DNA of 62,509 nucleotides from Bacteroidota bacterium. GTDB lineage: Bacteria > Bacteroidota > Bacteroidia > Bacteroidales > VadinHA17. The stretch lies in assembly GCA_011374625.1 (NCBI GenBank), contig DRPN01000142.1:1-62509 (forward strand). The letters run 5' to 3'. Position numbers and translations under genes: made by a program. The notes under the pieces were generated by a model. That model did no database searches and had not been told where the DNA came from. It saw only the letters and a program-made list of their open reading frames with translations. Positions 21,801 to 30,859 of the stretch are shown piece after piece; within the stretch, counting starts at the first letter, position 1; every line of letters begins with the position of its first letter.

Positions 21801-21949
21801 AACCACCAGGCGTCATACACTGCAGCCCGGGCTGCCACCGGACCATAACGACTCTCTATAAATGTAGCCATACCGGCAGATACGGCCATAAGTAGCAGTA
21901 AAAACCCCATGAAAGAGGTGGAAAACAGGAAATTGACATTTTTTTTCAT
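18839..21949 (-). CDS. ccsBA: Fused cytochrome c biogenesis protein (System II ResB/CcsB + CcsA)
   Basis: 1036 aa. It has a ResB-like N-terminal membrane/periplasmic part and a C-terminal CcsA part with the WWD motif WGRYWGWDPKETWALV. Confidence 0.85.
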   Translation of the reverse strand: MKKNVNFLFSTSFMGFLLLLMAVSAGMATFIESRYGPVAARAAVYDAWWFKLVILLIVVNLTANMFIYKVYRKKKWTIFLFHIAFVFIFLGAAVTRYISYKGTMHIREGENASTLLTADTWIYGTAENGKTTVSFQKKVLLTPGRKNRFKKHISLGGKNYTLRLVKFLPSAQATLLPDPAGKPVLKLVILNMHNRQDHYLQEGDTLRLSGILIGFGNNNPVPDLSFFYRNGKLQLFSRLDIIHTDMRTNRQDTIAAGTTTNVSLRNIYRSGPLQIVPSAFQPKGKVSYIPGHTINSASADVLEMKIDGDNTGKTFFVKGRQGQLGFPTKITVETTLFHIHYGARVISLPFHLHLNDFQLQRYPGSNSPSSYASEVILIDPGKGVKKPFRIYMNHVLNYRGYRFFQSSYDRDEKGTILSVNHDALGTTLTYIGYFLMTLGMLLSIFNKNSRFMTLGRSIDLSGLPKKIASVIGLIILLNGISESQAQVETGNSPIRTVPESMAVAFRDVLVQDQGGRIKPFQTLASEIVRKVAYKSTIKRISPERVVLSMFFYPRKWQKIPMIRVSNDQIKKMIGMHGSFASFMDFFDTAHNNTYILSEAVQRAYRKDPGRRSKVDQDIIKTDERLNICYLVYTGKMLRLFPAPGDPDNRWYSPFEIPEHVSGEDSVFVTSTIQLLFTCMHEGNADEKVLRVIDGIKNYQLTRASELIPSSGKIKMEILYNKAGLFEKVSMAYGFLGFVLLVLLFIHILIPALKIKPVIRVSVILIGIGFAFHTIGLILRWYISGHAPWSNGYESMIYIAWATMLAGILFVRKSPFALAAGGILAALTLFVAHLSWMSPEITNLVPVLKSYWLTIHVSVITASYGFVGMGMVLGLFNLVLMIVRNNKNKEHIDQTITTLTRINEMTLMLGSYFIFIGTFLGGVWANESWGRYWGWDPKETWALVTGLVYVFVLHMRLIPGLRGEFAFNLASVLAFFSVIMTYFGVNYYLSGLHSYAAGEAQPIPVGVYIFLGLLVTVILLAWRKSSTPGQAERQEQR

Positions 21950-22039
21950 TAATCAATGATTTTGCCTTGTGGTATCGTTAGAAAATAATTTTGGCGGATA
22001 AAGGTAGAATATTTTGAATGAAAAACACAGGGTAATCCC

Positions 22040-22252
22040 AACCTATATTGATATATTCAAGAATAAAAAAGGTGCTGATTATCCGGCAGAAAAATTAAAA
22101 CATTGGTCAGTAATTAGCCCTATTCAATCGGTGAGTATGAAATAACCTGGGATGGGACAAATAACAATAATAAGCAGGGGAAACCGGGTGTGTATACTTA
22201 CAGGATCCGGGCAGGTAAGTTCACAAAATCCGGAAGCATGCTGAAACAATAA
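22040..22252 (+). pseudogene. Remnant of a T9SS-type C-terminal sorting / FlgD-Ig-like domain
   Basis: Frame 22118-22252 reads PYSIGEYEITWDGTNNNNKQGKPGVYTYRIRAGKFTKSGSMLKQ*. This is the aGxxxixWDGxxxxGxxxxxGVYxYRixAGxF..K pattern. A neighbouring frame upstream reads IPTYIDIFKNKKGADY. There is no start codon and no protein body. Confidence 0.55.
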
Positions 22253-22412
22253 ACCTTTTCAGTATTATGTTGATTATCAGAATAAGAGGCCTTATTAAAA
22301 GTTCTTTTAAAATCAAAGAAATTCCCCGGGGCTCCTGTCTGGATAACTCCGGACGGACGCACAGCCTCCGGGATAATTTTAAGAAATTTCTTTATCGCTG
22401 GAGAAATCTTGT

Positions 22413-22446
22413 ACTACGTAGTTATCTATATAGATTACTACGTAGT
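22413..22446. repeat. 34-nt nested near-perfect palindrome
   Basis: The sequence is ACTACGTAGT-t-ATCTATATAGAT-t-ACTACGTAGT. Each of the three blocks is itself a perfect palindrome. The whole is palindromic except for one T/T position pair. Confidence 0.9.
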
Positions 22447-22514
22447 CAAAATTTTATAATACAAATATGGTATTTGCTCTGGAACGAGGAAGTGAAAAAG
22501 AAATTTAAAACTGA

Positions 22515-23888
22515 TTATTTTTTCATTTCCTTGTAAAAGTGATAAAACCAGGGGATGGTTTCGATTCCCTTGTAAAAGTTAAACAGGGGGTAGCTTTCGT
22601 TAGGTGAGTGTATAGCATCTTCGTCCAGGCCGAAGCCCATGAGGATTGATTTTACGCCCAGCACTTCCTCGAAGACGGCTACGATCGGTATGCTCCCTCC
22701 GCTTCTTACGGGGATCGGTTTCTTACCGAAACTTTGTTCAATAGCTTTTGCTGCTGCCTGGTACTCTACCGATGTGATGGGGCTGACATAGCCTTCTCCG
22801 CCGTACAGGTATTCTACCTTTGTCACTTTTACTCCTTCGGGAGCCAGAGTGGGAAAATATTCTGAAAAAAGTCTGGCGATTTTTTCAGATTTTTGATCAG
22901 GGACCAGCCGCATGGATATTTTAGCATGGGCTTTGGCCGGCAGAACGGTTTTGGTCCCCTTACCTGTGTAACCACTCCAGATACCATTCACGTCCAGCGA
23001 AGGACGGATGCCTGTACGCTCAATGGTGGAATAACCTTTCTCTCCGGCTTCTTTATTAATGCCGATGGATTTTTTAAAAGCTTCCGGGTCAAAAGGAGCC
23101 TTGGCCATTTCTTTTCTTTCTTCGTTGCTGATTTCCAGCACATCGTTATAGAAACCGGGGATTGTAATACGATTGTCCGCATCGGTAAGGGCCGCGATCA
23201 TTTTTGACAGGGCGTTGGCGGGGTTCATCACGGCACCTCCGTACAGGCCGGAGTGAAGATCGCGATTGGGGCCTGTGATTTCGACTTCCATAAAAGCCAG
23301 TCCGCGCAGACCCACCGTAATGGATGGGACGTCGGGGGCGATCATAGTGGTGTCGGAGATCAGGATCACATCGGCTCTGAGTTTGTCCTTATGATCCATG
23401 CAAAACTGTTTCAGACTGGGGGATCCGACCTCTTCTTCTCCTTCGATCATGAACTTGACGTTGGCAGGTAGCGTGTTTGTTTTGGCCATGGCCTCAAAGG
23501 CTTTCACATGCATAAACATCTGTCCCTTGTCATCGTCGGCACCGCGGGCGTAGATTTTACCGTCGCGGATCTCCGGCTCAAACGGAGGAGAGTCCCATAG
23601 TTCCAACGGATCGGCCGGTTGCACGTCGTAATGCCCGTAAACTAAAATCGTTGGCAGGGTAGGATCTGTGATTTTTTCAGCATAGATTACCGGATGTCCC
23701 GTGGTAGGAATCACTTCAGCCTTATCAGCTCCGGAGGCCAGAAAGTTTTTCTTCAGGTATTCCGTGGCTCTGTGCATGTCTTCCTTGTGGTGAGGGTCGG
23801 CGCTGACCGACGGTATGCGTATAAGGCCGAACAACTCATCCAGAAACCGTTGTTTGTTTTCTTCAATGTATTTCAGTGCTTTTTCCAT
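22515..23888 (-). CDS. M20-family metallo-dipeptidase
   Basis: Motifs seen: LVYGHYDVQPADPLELWDSPPFEPEIRDGKIYARGADDDKGQ. I place the start at the second Met (MEKALKYIEENK, 23888). It falls 2 nt after the upstream gene's stop, whereas the track start at 23963 would overlap that gene by 71 nt. Confidence 0.85.
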   Translation of the reverse strand: MEKALKYIEENKQRFLDELFGLIRIPSVSADPHHKEDMHRATEYLKKNFLASGADKAEVIPTTGHPVIYAEKITDPTLPTILVYGHYDVQPADPLELWDSPPFEPEIRDGKIYARGADDDKGQMFMHVKAFEAMAKTNTLPANVKFMIEGEEEVGSPSLKQFCMDHKDKLRADVILISDTTMIAPDVPSITVGLRGLAFMEVEITGPNRDLHSGLYGGAVMNPANALSKMIAALTDADNRITIPGFYNDVLEISNEERKEMAKAPFDPEAFKKSIGINKEAGEKGYSTIERTGIRPSLDVNGIWSGYTGKGTKTVLPAKAHAKISMRLVPDQKSEKIARLFSEYFPTLAPEGVKVTKVEYLYGGEGYVSPITSVEYQAAAKAIEQSFGKKPIPVRSGGSIPIVAVFEEVLGVKSILMGFGLDEDAIHSPNESYPLFNFYKGIETIPWFYHFYKEMKK

Positions 23889-23892
23889 GATA

Positions 23893-24474
23893 TTATTGAT
23901 TTTTAAATTGTTTACGATATGCTTTGGCTGCTTCCCGCAGCTCAAGGAACCATTTTTTTCCAAAACGGCGTGTCAATGCTTCTTCCAGGAATTCATACAT
24001 GTATGTTCCGGTTTTTTTTCCCAGTTCCAGAGCCGGCAGGCAATTCCTCCAGAATTCAAAATTGACGGCGGTATATTTCTCATATTCCCTCAGTCGTACC
24101 GGGAAGAGATGACAGGAAACGGGTTTTCGGAAAGTGATTTTATTCTCCAGCCAGGCCTTCTCGATAGCACATTTGTAAATACCCTTGTCCAGGTATGTGT
24201 AGGCACATTCCCGGCCATTGATCAGGGGTGTAACCAGGTCGCCGTCCTCATCGATGACCGATACTCCCTGCTCCTCCACAGCTTTTCTTCCTTCTGCCCG
24301 CATGTAGGGTTCTATTTCAGAGTAGGAGTGTGCCAGCTCATTTTTTTCTTCTTCTTCCAGGGGTGCTCCCGAGTCGCCGTATACACAGCATATGCCTTTG
24401 CAAGTTTGCAGGTTGCAAACGAATTGTTTTTCTACGATATCGAGACTGACGAGTGTATCTCTGATTTGTAACAA
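23893..24474 (-). CDS. DUF3109-like Cys-rich protein
   Basis: 193 aa with the CNLQTCKGICCVYGDSGAPL cysteine cluster. Size and motif fit my memory of DUF3109. Function is unknown. Confidence 0.6.
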   Translation of the reverse strand: MLQIRDTLVSLDIVEKQFVCNLQTCKGICCVYGDSGAPLEEEEKNELAHSYSEIEPYMRAEGRKAVEEQGVSVIDEDGDLVTPLINGRECAYTYLDKGIYKCAIEKAWLENKITFRKPVSCHLFPVRLREYEKYTAVNFEFWRNCLPALELGKKTGTYMYEFLEEALTRRFGKKWFLELREAAKAYRKQFKNQ

Positions 24475-24480
24475 CAGATT

Positions 24481-26010
24481 TTATTTTAAGCGGATTAACA
24501 CTTTTCCTGTCATTTCTTCGGGTACCGGCATGTCCATCAGAGACAGGATGGTAGGTGCCACATCGGCCAGGATTCCGTCTTTCACTTCTGCAACACGGTC
24601 CGACATCACGATGATAGGTACAGGGTTAAGGGAGTGTGCAGTGTTGGGTGAGCCGTCGGGGTTGATTGCATAATCGGCGTTGCCGTGGTCGGCGATGATC
24701 ACCGCTTCATACCCGTTGCGACGGGCGGCGTCCGTTACCTCTCCCACGCAGGTGTCTACAGCTTCCACGGCTTTTAGGATTGCCTCATATACGCCGGTAT
24801 GACCTACCATATCACCGTTGGCAAAGTTCAGCACAACAAAATCCGTTTCCTGTTTATCCAGTTCTTTGGCAATAGCGTCTTTCACCTCAAAGGCGCTCAT
24901 TTCGGGTTTCAGATCATAGGTGGCAACCTTGGGCGACGGGATCAGGATTCGTTTTTCGCCCGGAAATGTTTCCTCACGTCCTCCGGAGAAAAAGAAAGTA
25001 ACGTGGGCGTATTTTTCCGTTTCTGCAATGCGAATTTGTTTTTTTCCGGTTTTTGATATCAGTTCTCCCAATGTATTGGATACATTTTCCTTATCATAAA
25101 CAATGTGGATGCCTTTGAAAGAGTCATCATAGCGGGTCATGGTAAGATAATGCAGGGGGATGGTATGCATGTCGTGTTCATGCATATCTTTCTGTGTCAG
25201 AGCAATGGTGATCTCACGCAGCCGGTCGGTGCGGAAATTGAAGCAGATTACCACATCCCCTTCCCGAATGGTTCCCATGGGATTTCCCTGTTGATCCACA
25301 TGGATGATGGGTTTAATAAATTCGTCGGTAACCCCTTCATCATAGGATTTTTTCATGGCATCAAGCAGGTTGGTGGCCGGTGTTCCTTTTCCGTACACCA
25401 TAGCATCGTAACCTACCTTGATACGTTCCCACCGTTTGTCGCGGTCCATGGTGTAATAGCGTCCGGTGATGGAAGCGATCTGTCCGTTGGAATGTTTCAG
25501 GTGGTCCAGCAGGTTTTTTATGTAGCCGATACCGCTGTGCGGGTCGGTATCACGACCGTCGGTAAGGGCGTGGATATACACTTTGTCAAGTCCGTATTTT
25601 CCGGTGATATCGCATAATTTGTATAGGTGTGTGTCCATGGAGTGAACGCCACCGTCAGAGACAAGGCCGATAAGATGAACGGCTTTATCATGGTCTCTGG
25701 CATACTGAAAAGCTTCAGTCAGCACCGGGTTTTGTTCTATGCTTCCATCTTTGACAGCTTTGTTGATCTTTACCAGATCCTGATAGACGATACGTCCTGC
25801 ACCAATGTTGAGATGGCCCACCTCCGAATTACCCATCTGTCCTTCGGGCAATCCGACATTTTCACCACAGGTGAGCAGGGTGGCATGCGGATATTGTTGT
25901 TTCAGCCGGTCCATATTCGGCGTGTTGGCATTGTAAATAACATCAGCTTTTGAATGGTCTCCTTCTCCCCATCCGTCCAGGATCATTAATATTACTCTTT
26001 TCCTGTCCAT
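24481..26010 (-). CDS. gpmI: 2,3-bisphosphoglycerate-independent phosphoglycerate mutase
   Basis: 509 aa. Motifs seen: [40 protein letters not shown]. Confidence 0.93.
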   Translation of the reverse strand: MDRKRVILMILDGWGEGDHSKADVIYNANTPNMDRLKQQYPHATLLTCGENVGLPEGQMGNSEVGHLNIGAGRIVYQDLVKINKAVKDGSIEQNPVLTEAFQYARDHDKAVHLIGLVSDGGVHSMDTHLYKLCDITGKYGLDKVYIHALTDGRDTDPHSGIGYIKNLLDHLKHSNGQIASITGRYYTMDRDKRWERIKVGYDAMVYGKGTPATNLLDAMKKSYDEGVTDEFIKPIIHVDQQGNPMGTIREGDVVICFNFRTDRLREITIALTQKDMHEHDMHTIPLHYLTMTRYDDSFKGIHIVYDKENVSNTLGELISKTGKKQIRIAETEKYAHVTFFFSGGREETFPGEKRILIPSPKVATYDLKPEMSAFEVKDAIAKELDKQETDFVVLNFANGDMVGHTGVYEAILKAVEAVDTCVGEVTDAARRNGYEAVIIADHGNADYAINPDGSPNTAHSLNPVPIIVMSDRVAEVKDGILADVAPTILSLMDMPVPEEMTGKVLIRLK

Positions 26011-26072
26011 ATTTTCTGTTTTATTATTATTTTTTTATAAATTTATGTTATCCGGGTTTTTCACAATGTTTT

Positions 26073-26477
26073 TCACCGGAATGTATTTTCTTTTTCTGCG
26101 GAGTTTATAGCTGAGTACAACCTCATATTGCCGGAGGGGGCAGTTAAAGGAGCATGAATTTTCTCCGTGCCCGTTTTCCCTGTTTCAAACGAGGTGCTTC
26201 TCACCAGGAGAGTGTCTCCTTTGGAGTATTCGCTGACCTCTTTTTTCCCAGGCCAGGAGAGCAGTTTCACGGAACAGGATTGTTGTTTAACGTAAAGCCT
26301 GTCCACGGTAATTTTTCCGGAAGATTTTCCGGTTACCACCAGAATATCATACCGGGTATACACAGGTGATTCCTGCCGTCCCGGATAAACGGTTTCCGAT
26401 ACAGCCCGGATCACCTCCAGGGGAGGAGAGAACCAGGGCCAGAGCCCGAAAACCAGCATCATAAGGAGTTTTTCCAT
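26073..26477 (-). CDS. Hypothetical small secreted or membrane-anchored protein
   Basis: 134 aa with a hydrophobic N-terminus (MEKLLMMLVFGLWPWF). I recognise no family. It has its own -7 box upstream. Confidence 0.55.
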   Translation of the reverse strand: MEKLLMMLVFGLWPWFSPPLEVIRAVSETVYPGRQESPVYTRYDILVVTGKSSGKITVDRLYVKQQSCSVKLLSWPGKKEVSEYSKGDTLLVRSTSFETGKTGTEKIHAPLTAPSGNMRLYSAINSAEKENTFR

Positions 26478-26497
26478 ATTCTTTTTAAAAAGAAATA

Positions 26498-26505
26498 CAA
26501 AAGTA
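26498..26505 (-). promoter_or_regulatory. -7 promoter box TACTTTTG for the 26073-26477 gene
   Basis: Plus-strand CAAAAGTA equals minus-strand TACTTTTG, 20 nt upstream of the ATG at 26477. Confidence 0.4.
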
Positions 26506-26665
26506 GGAATTTTCAGGGAGATTAGCTAATGACATTTACCGGACTTATACCCATAGAATGTTTGATGGTTTGCCTGTTGCAGAACTATAAAATTTTTCCC
26601 CCTACAATTTTTGGACTACTTTTATACGGATTTTCCAGCGGGAAAACAGTTTTATCACCGTATTG

Positions 26666-27595
26666 ATGATTATGGATAAGATACATTATACCCGGTGCCC
26701 TCTGTGTGGGAAAGATAAACTGGAGACTTTTCTTACGACGGAGGATTTTCTGAAGACTCACGAGTCTTTCGATATTGTGAAATGTGCGGAATGCAGTTTT
26801 GTTTTCACCCAGGATGTGCCGCCGGAAGAAAAAGCCGGGAGCTACTATAAGAGTGAAAATTACATTTCCCATTCGGATACCCGGAGAGGTTTTATCAACC
26901 GTTTATATCACACGGCCAGAAAATATATGCTACGACGAAAATGGAAGCTTGTGTCCCATCTGACTGCTGGCAGAAAGTTGCTGGATATTGGATGTGGTAC
27001 CGGATATTTTCCGGCTTTCATGCAAAAAAAAGGATATGAAGTTACGGGTGTGGAGGTTAGTGATGCAGCGCGGGAGTACGGTATACAAAAATTCGGGTTG
27101 CGGATTGTGCCTCCGGAGCAGTTCCTGGAAGACCCCCGGGAAGGGGAATATGATGTTGTTACCCTATGGCATGTGCTGGAGCATATATATGAGCCGGGGG
27201 CCTATCTGGACGGGATTTTCCGTTTGTTGAAGAATGACGGTGTGCTGGTCATGGCATTGCCTAATCATCACGCACTGGATGCCAGGATATATAAAAGGTA
27301 CTGGGCCGGTTATGATGTACCGCGACATCTGTGGCATTTCTCGCCGAGAATACTGGGACATCTGGCCGGGCAGTATTATTTCAGGGTCACAGAGATGTAT
27401 CATATGCCGTTCGATCCGTTTTTCAATGCTTTGCTAAGTGAAAAATACAGAAAGAATCCGTTGTGGTTTGTTTTTGGTACGGGTATAGGTTTTCTTGCTT
27501 TTTTAAGGGGCTTCTTCCGGGTGGAGAATGCCAGCTCGGTCATTTATATACTCAGAAAAAATACGGGGGAGGCAGGGAAAGATATTATACTTTAA
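26666..27595 (+). CDS. Class I SAM-dependent methyltransferase with N-terminal zinc ribbon
   Basis: Zinc-ribbon motif CPLCGKDKL...CAECSFVF, SAM motif LLDIGCGTGYF, and VTLWHVLEH. The track start at 26663 is TTG. ATG codons follow at 26666 and 26672. Confidence 0.8.
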   Translation: MIMDKIHYTRCPLCGKDKLETFLTTEDFLKTHESFDIVKCAECSFVFTQDVPPEEKAGSYYKSENYISHSDTRRGFINRLYHTARKYMLRRKWKLVSHLTAGRKLLDIGCGTGYFPAFMQKKGYEVTGVEVSDAAREYGIQKFGLRIVPPEQFLEDPREGEYDVVTLWHVLEHIYEPGAYLDGIFRLLKNDGVLVMALPNHHALDARIYKRYWAGYDVPRHLWHFSPRILGHLAGQYYFRVTEMYHMPFDPFFNALLSEKYRKNPLWFVFGTGIGFLAFLRGFFRVENASSVIYILRKNTGEAGKDIIL

Positions 27596-28475
27596 AAAAT
27601 TCTATCAGTGTAACAATCACCGGGACAGCCAGCAGGAAGCCGTCAAAACGGTCCAGAAAACCTCCGTGTCCCGGCAGGATATGGCTTGAATCTTTTACCC
27701 CGGCTTTCCGTTTTAGCATCGACTCGGCCAGGTCGCCCATGGTACCGAAAAAGACGATTACAAAAACGATCAGGATCCATTCTGTTCTGTTCATTTCCCG
27801 GAACCGGGAAGAAAGAATGATTCCGGTGGCCAGGGCAATTACGGTACCTCCGACAACCCCTTCCCAGCTTTTCCCGGGGGAGATACGCCTGAAAAGTTTA
27901 TGTTTTCCCCAAAGCATGCCGGTAATATAAGCTCCTGTATCGTACAACCAAATAATAATGAAAATGCCGATCACTGGGTAGGGGGAATAATCTATCACAT
28001 ATCCGGGTTGTAACAGGAAATTCAGAATATCTTCTTCTCCTTCCAGGGTGAAGAATGTCTGCATTTTTTCATGCATATCAAAACTAAGAAGGGGAAGCAA
28101 TGAAAAAGGCAGCGCAATGTAAATGAGCCCCAGAAAAGTGTAGGCAATATTATGGTAAGGCCGGTTGTGTTTGGCAAACAACTCGTTGATAAAGACAAAA
28201 GGAAAGAAAACCAGCAGGAGAGTAAGGTATTTTATGTTAATGGACCGGATAGATAACAAAAAGATAAGAGTAAACAGAAGAACAGCCATGAATAAACCCA
28301 GATGAACCTGAGGCCTGACCTTGATCATATGTGCCAAGCGGTAGAATTCCCATAGGGTGACGATCATGATTGACAAGAAAACCAGAAAAAAAGAGAGACT
28401 GTTGATCAGAAGCCCTGCAAGAATAACTCCCACGATAAACAATCCTGTAAAACTTCTTCTCAACAAAGTTCTCAA
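27585..28475 (-). CDS. cdsA: Phosphatidate cytidylyltransferase
   Basis: 296 aa polytopic membrane protein. Motifs seen: SPGKSWEGVVGG and GHGGFLDRFDGFL. Confidence 0.88.
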   Translation of the reverse strand: MRTLLRRSFTGLFIVGVILAGLLINSLSFFLVFLSIMIVTLWEFYRLAHMIKVRPQVHLGLFMAVLLFTLIFLLSIRSINIKYLTLLLVFFPFVFINELFAKHNRPYHNIAYTFLGLIYIALPFSLLPLLSFDMHEKMQTFFTLEGEEDILNFLLQPGYVIDYSPYPVIGIFIIIWLYDTGAYITGMLWGKHKLFRRISPGKSWEGVVGGTVIALATGIILSSRFREMNRTEWILIVFVIVFFGTMGDLAESMLKRKAGVKDSSHILPGHGGFLDRFDGFLLAVPVIVTLIEFFKV

Positions 28476-28678
28476 GGTTCCAGTGTTTTTATGAGTTGTT
28501 TGGCTTTTATGACTTCATCCTGATTAACATACACTTCTGTTTCTCCGAACATAAGATAGGAAGAGTCTTTCTTGTTTATTACCACAGCCTGAATGCCGTT
28601 TTCTTCGAGTATCTGACGGGCCAGTTCAGCCTGGTATGGCCGATCGGTAGAAAATAATTTTACCCAATCCTTTTCCAT
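28472..28678 (-). CDS. DUF2007-like small protein
   Basis: 68 aa. The sequence VKLFSTDRPYQAELARQILEENGIQAVVINKKDSSY fits DUF2007. It overlaps the cdsA start by 4 nt. Confidence 0.6.
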   Translation of the reverse strand: MEKDWVKLFSTDRPYQAELARQILEENGIQAVVINKKDSSYLMFGETEVYVNQDEVIKAKQLIKTLEP

Positions 28679-28681
28679 ATT

Positions 28682-30847
28682 CTACGAATTGGTTTTAACA
28701 GGCTTATGCGATTTGGTTTTTGCTTCTTCTGTTTCTGCCATTTTCAGGTCTTCTTTTTTTGATGTATCTTCCGGTTTTTGGTGTTTCTTCCGGGTAGTGC
28801 CGGAAGCCGGGTTTTTCACGGGAGTCTTCTTTTTTGTGTCTGTTGATTTTTTGTCTGCAGACTTATCTTGCGATATCCTTCCCGTAGGAATATCTTTCAT
28901 ATTTTCCCTTTCGCCGAAGATATTTACAAGATCTTCGGCATAGATAACTTCTTTTTCAAGCAAAAGATTGGCCAGTTGGGCATGTTTTTCCCTGTTTTTT
29001 ATAAGGATCTCCCTGGCTTTTTCATAAGCTTTAGCGATCAAGCTCTTGACTTCCTGATCGATCAACTCGGCGGTTTTTTCACTGTACGGTTTGGTAAAAC
29101 CGAACTCGCTTTGTCCGGAAGAGTCATAAAAACTCAGGTTTCCCACTTTCTCGCTCATGCCAAAGTAAGAGACCATGGCATAGGCTTGTTTGGTTACTTT
29201 TTCCAAGTCGTTCAGGGCTCCGGATGAGATCGTTTTGAATATCAGTTCTTCAGCGGCACGTCCGCCCAGTACGGCACACAGTTCGTCGAACATTTGTTCC
29301 TTGGTGGTGATCTGTCTCTCTTCCGGGAGATACCAGGCAGCCCCCAGGGCCTGTCCCCGTGGTATAATGGTCACTTTCACCAGTGGATTGGCATGTTTCA
29401 ACAGCCAGCTTACAGTGGCATGGCCGGCTTCGTGATAGGCAATAGTCTTTTTTTCCTGGGGTGTGATGATGCGGCTTTTTCTTTCCAGGCCTCCGACAAT
29501 CCGGTCGATGGCATCCATAAAATCTTGCATCTGAACGGTTTTTTTTCCTTTACGGGCAGCGATCAGTGCCGATTCGTTGCATATGTTGGCGATGTCTGCC
29601 CCCGAGAAGCCTGGTGTTTGTTTGGACAGTAGGTCGAGGTCTATATCTTTACCCAGTTTCAGAGGTTTCATATGCACTTTGAAAATCTCTTTTCTTTCCA
29701 CCAGGTCGGGTAGTTCCACGTGTATCTGACGGTCGAAACGTCCTGCACGCAGGAGTGCTTTGTCAAGTACGTCGGCACGGTTGGTGGCGGCCAGAATGAT
29801 TACCCCGGCGTTGCTGGCAAACCCATCCATCTCGGTGAGCAATTGGTTAAGGGTGTTTTCCCGTTCGTCGTTGGCCCCGAAATTGGGATTACGTCCGCGG
29901 GCCCGGCCTACGGCATCGATCTCGTCGATGAAAACGATACAAGGGGCTTTTTCCTTAGCTTGTTTGAAGAGATCGCGTACTCTGGAGGCACCTACCCCCA
30001 CAAACATCTCCACAAAGTCGGATCCCGAAATAGAAAAAAACGGCACATTGGCTTCTCCCGCAACCGCCTTGGCCAGCAAGGTCTTTCCTGTCCCCGGAGG
30101 ACCTATCAGCAAAGCCCCTTTGGGAATTTTTCCTCCCAGACTGGTGTATTTCTTGGGGTTTTTCAGGAAATCCACAATCTCTTTTATCTCTACCTTGGCT
30201 TCTTCCAGTCCGGCAACATCCTTAAAGTCTACCTTTACATGAGAATCTTTGTCAAAAACCTGAGCTTTGGATTTTCCTACGTTGAAGATACTGCCGGCAC
30301 CGCCTCCGGCGCCCCCGCCCATTCTGCGGAAAATAAAGATCCAGATGACCACAAGAATCAGCAGGGGAAGGATCCAGGCCAGAATACCTCCCCAGATGTC
30401 GGTGCGGGTCATATTGATCACATCAAAACGGTCGCTTTCTTTGTAACCGTATTTTTCAAAGGCTGCTTCCAGTTTCTTATGAAAAACTTCTTCGGAAGGG
30501 ATGTGAAAACTGTATTGGGGTACTTCTTTTCCGAAAGATCCTGTTCCGGAACCTTTCAGGTCTTTGTATTTTCCGGATTTAATTGCTTCCGGTTTCAGAT
30601 AAATCTGGGCCAGATCATGATTGATAACCTTGATTTTTTTGATATCATGATTTCGGATCAGTTCACTCTCGATTTTGTTCCAGGAGATCTCTTTCACCGG
30701 AGATCCGGAATAGATCCATTGCACCAGAATGAACCCCAGCGCAATGATCGCATAAACCCAGTAAATACTGAACTTCGGTTTTTTATCCGGGCTTTTCCCC
30801 TTAGGTATATTTCCATGGGGATTGTTTTTTTGTTGCTTATCGATCAT
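28682..30847 (-). CDS. ftsH: ATP-dependent zinc metalloprotease FtsH
   Basis: 721 aa. Walker [19 protein letters not shown], the SRH region, the zinc site HEAGHA, and a long Lys-rich C-terminal tail. Confidence 0.95.
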   Translation of the reverse strand: MIDKQQKNNPHGNIPKGKSPDKKPKFSIYWVYAIIALGFILVQWIYSGSPVKEISWNKIESELIRNHDIKKIKVINHDLAQIYLKPEAIKSGKYKDLKGSGTGSFGKEVPQYSFHIPSEEVFHKKLEAAFEKYGYKESDRFDVINMTRTDIWGGILAWILPLLILVVIWIFIFRRMGGGAGGGAGSIFNVGKSKAQVFDKDSHVKVDFKDVAGLEEAKVEIKEIVDFLKNPKKYTSLGGKIPKGALLIGPPGTGKTLLAKAVAGEANVPFFSISGSDFVEMFVGVGASRVRDLFKQAKEKAPCIVFIDEIDAVGRARGRNPNFGANDERENTLNQLLTEMDGFASNAGVIILAATNRADVLDKALLRAGRFDRQIHVELPDLVERKEIFKVHMKPLKLGKDIDLDLLSKQTPGFSGADIANICNESALIAARKGKKTVQMQDFMDAIDRIVGGLERKSRIITPQEKKTIAYHEAGHATVSWLLKHANPLVKVTIIPRGQALGAAWYLPEERQITTKEQMFDELCAVLGGRAAEELIFKTISSGALNDLEKVTKQAYAMVSYFGMSEKVGNLSFYDSSGQSEFGFTKPYSEKTAELIDQEVKSLIAKAYEKAREILIKNREKHAQLANLLLEKEVIYAEDLVNIFGERENMKDIPTGRISQDKSADKKSTDTKKKTPVKNPASGTTRKKHQKPEDTSKKEDLKMAETEEAKTKSHKPVKTNS

Positions 30848-30859
30848 GAAAATCTCTCC

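Noticed and set aside
22267-22536. 89-aa plus-strand ORF in the ccsBA-dipeptidase spacer.
   Set aside because: The translation is AT-rich, basic and low in complexity. It runs across the 34-nt nested palindrome and overlaps the dipeptidase 3' end. There is no -7 box in front of it.
23889-23963. A 25-codon N-terminal extension of the M20 dipeptidase (track start 23963).
   Set aside because: It would overlap the upstream DUF3109-like gene by 71 nt. The second Met (MEKALKYIEENK) falls right after that gene's stop and begins the conserved peptidase N-terminus.
23815-24471. 218-aa plus-strand ORF.
   Set aside because: It is antisense to the DUF3109-like gene and the dipeptidase start. The minus-strand genes have better motif support and operon spacing.
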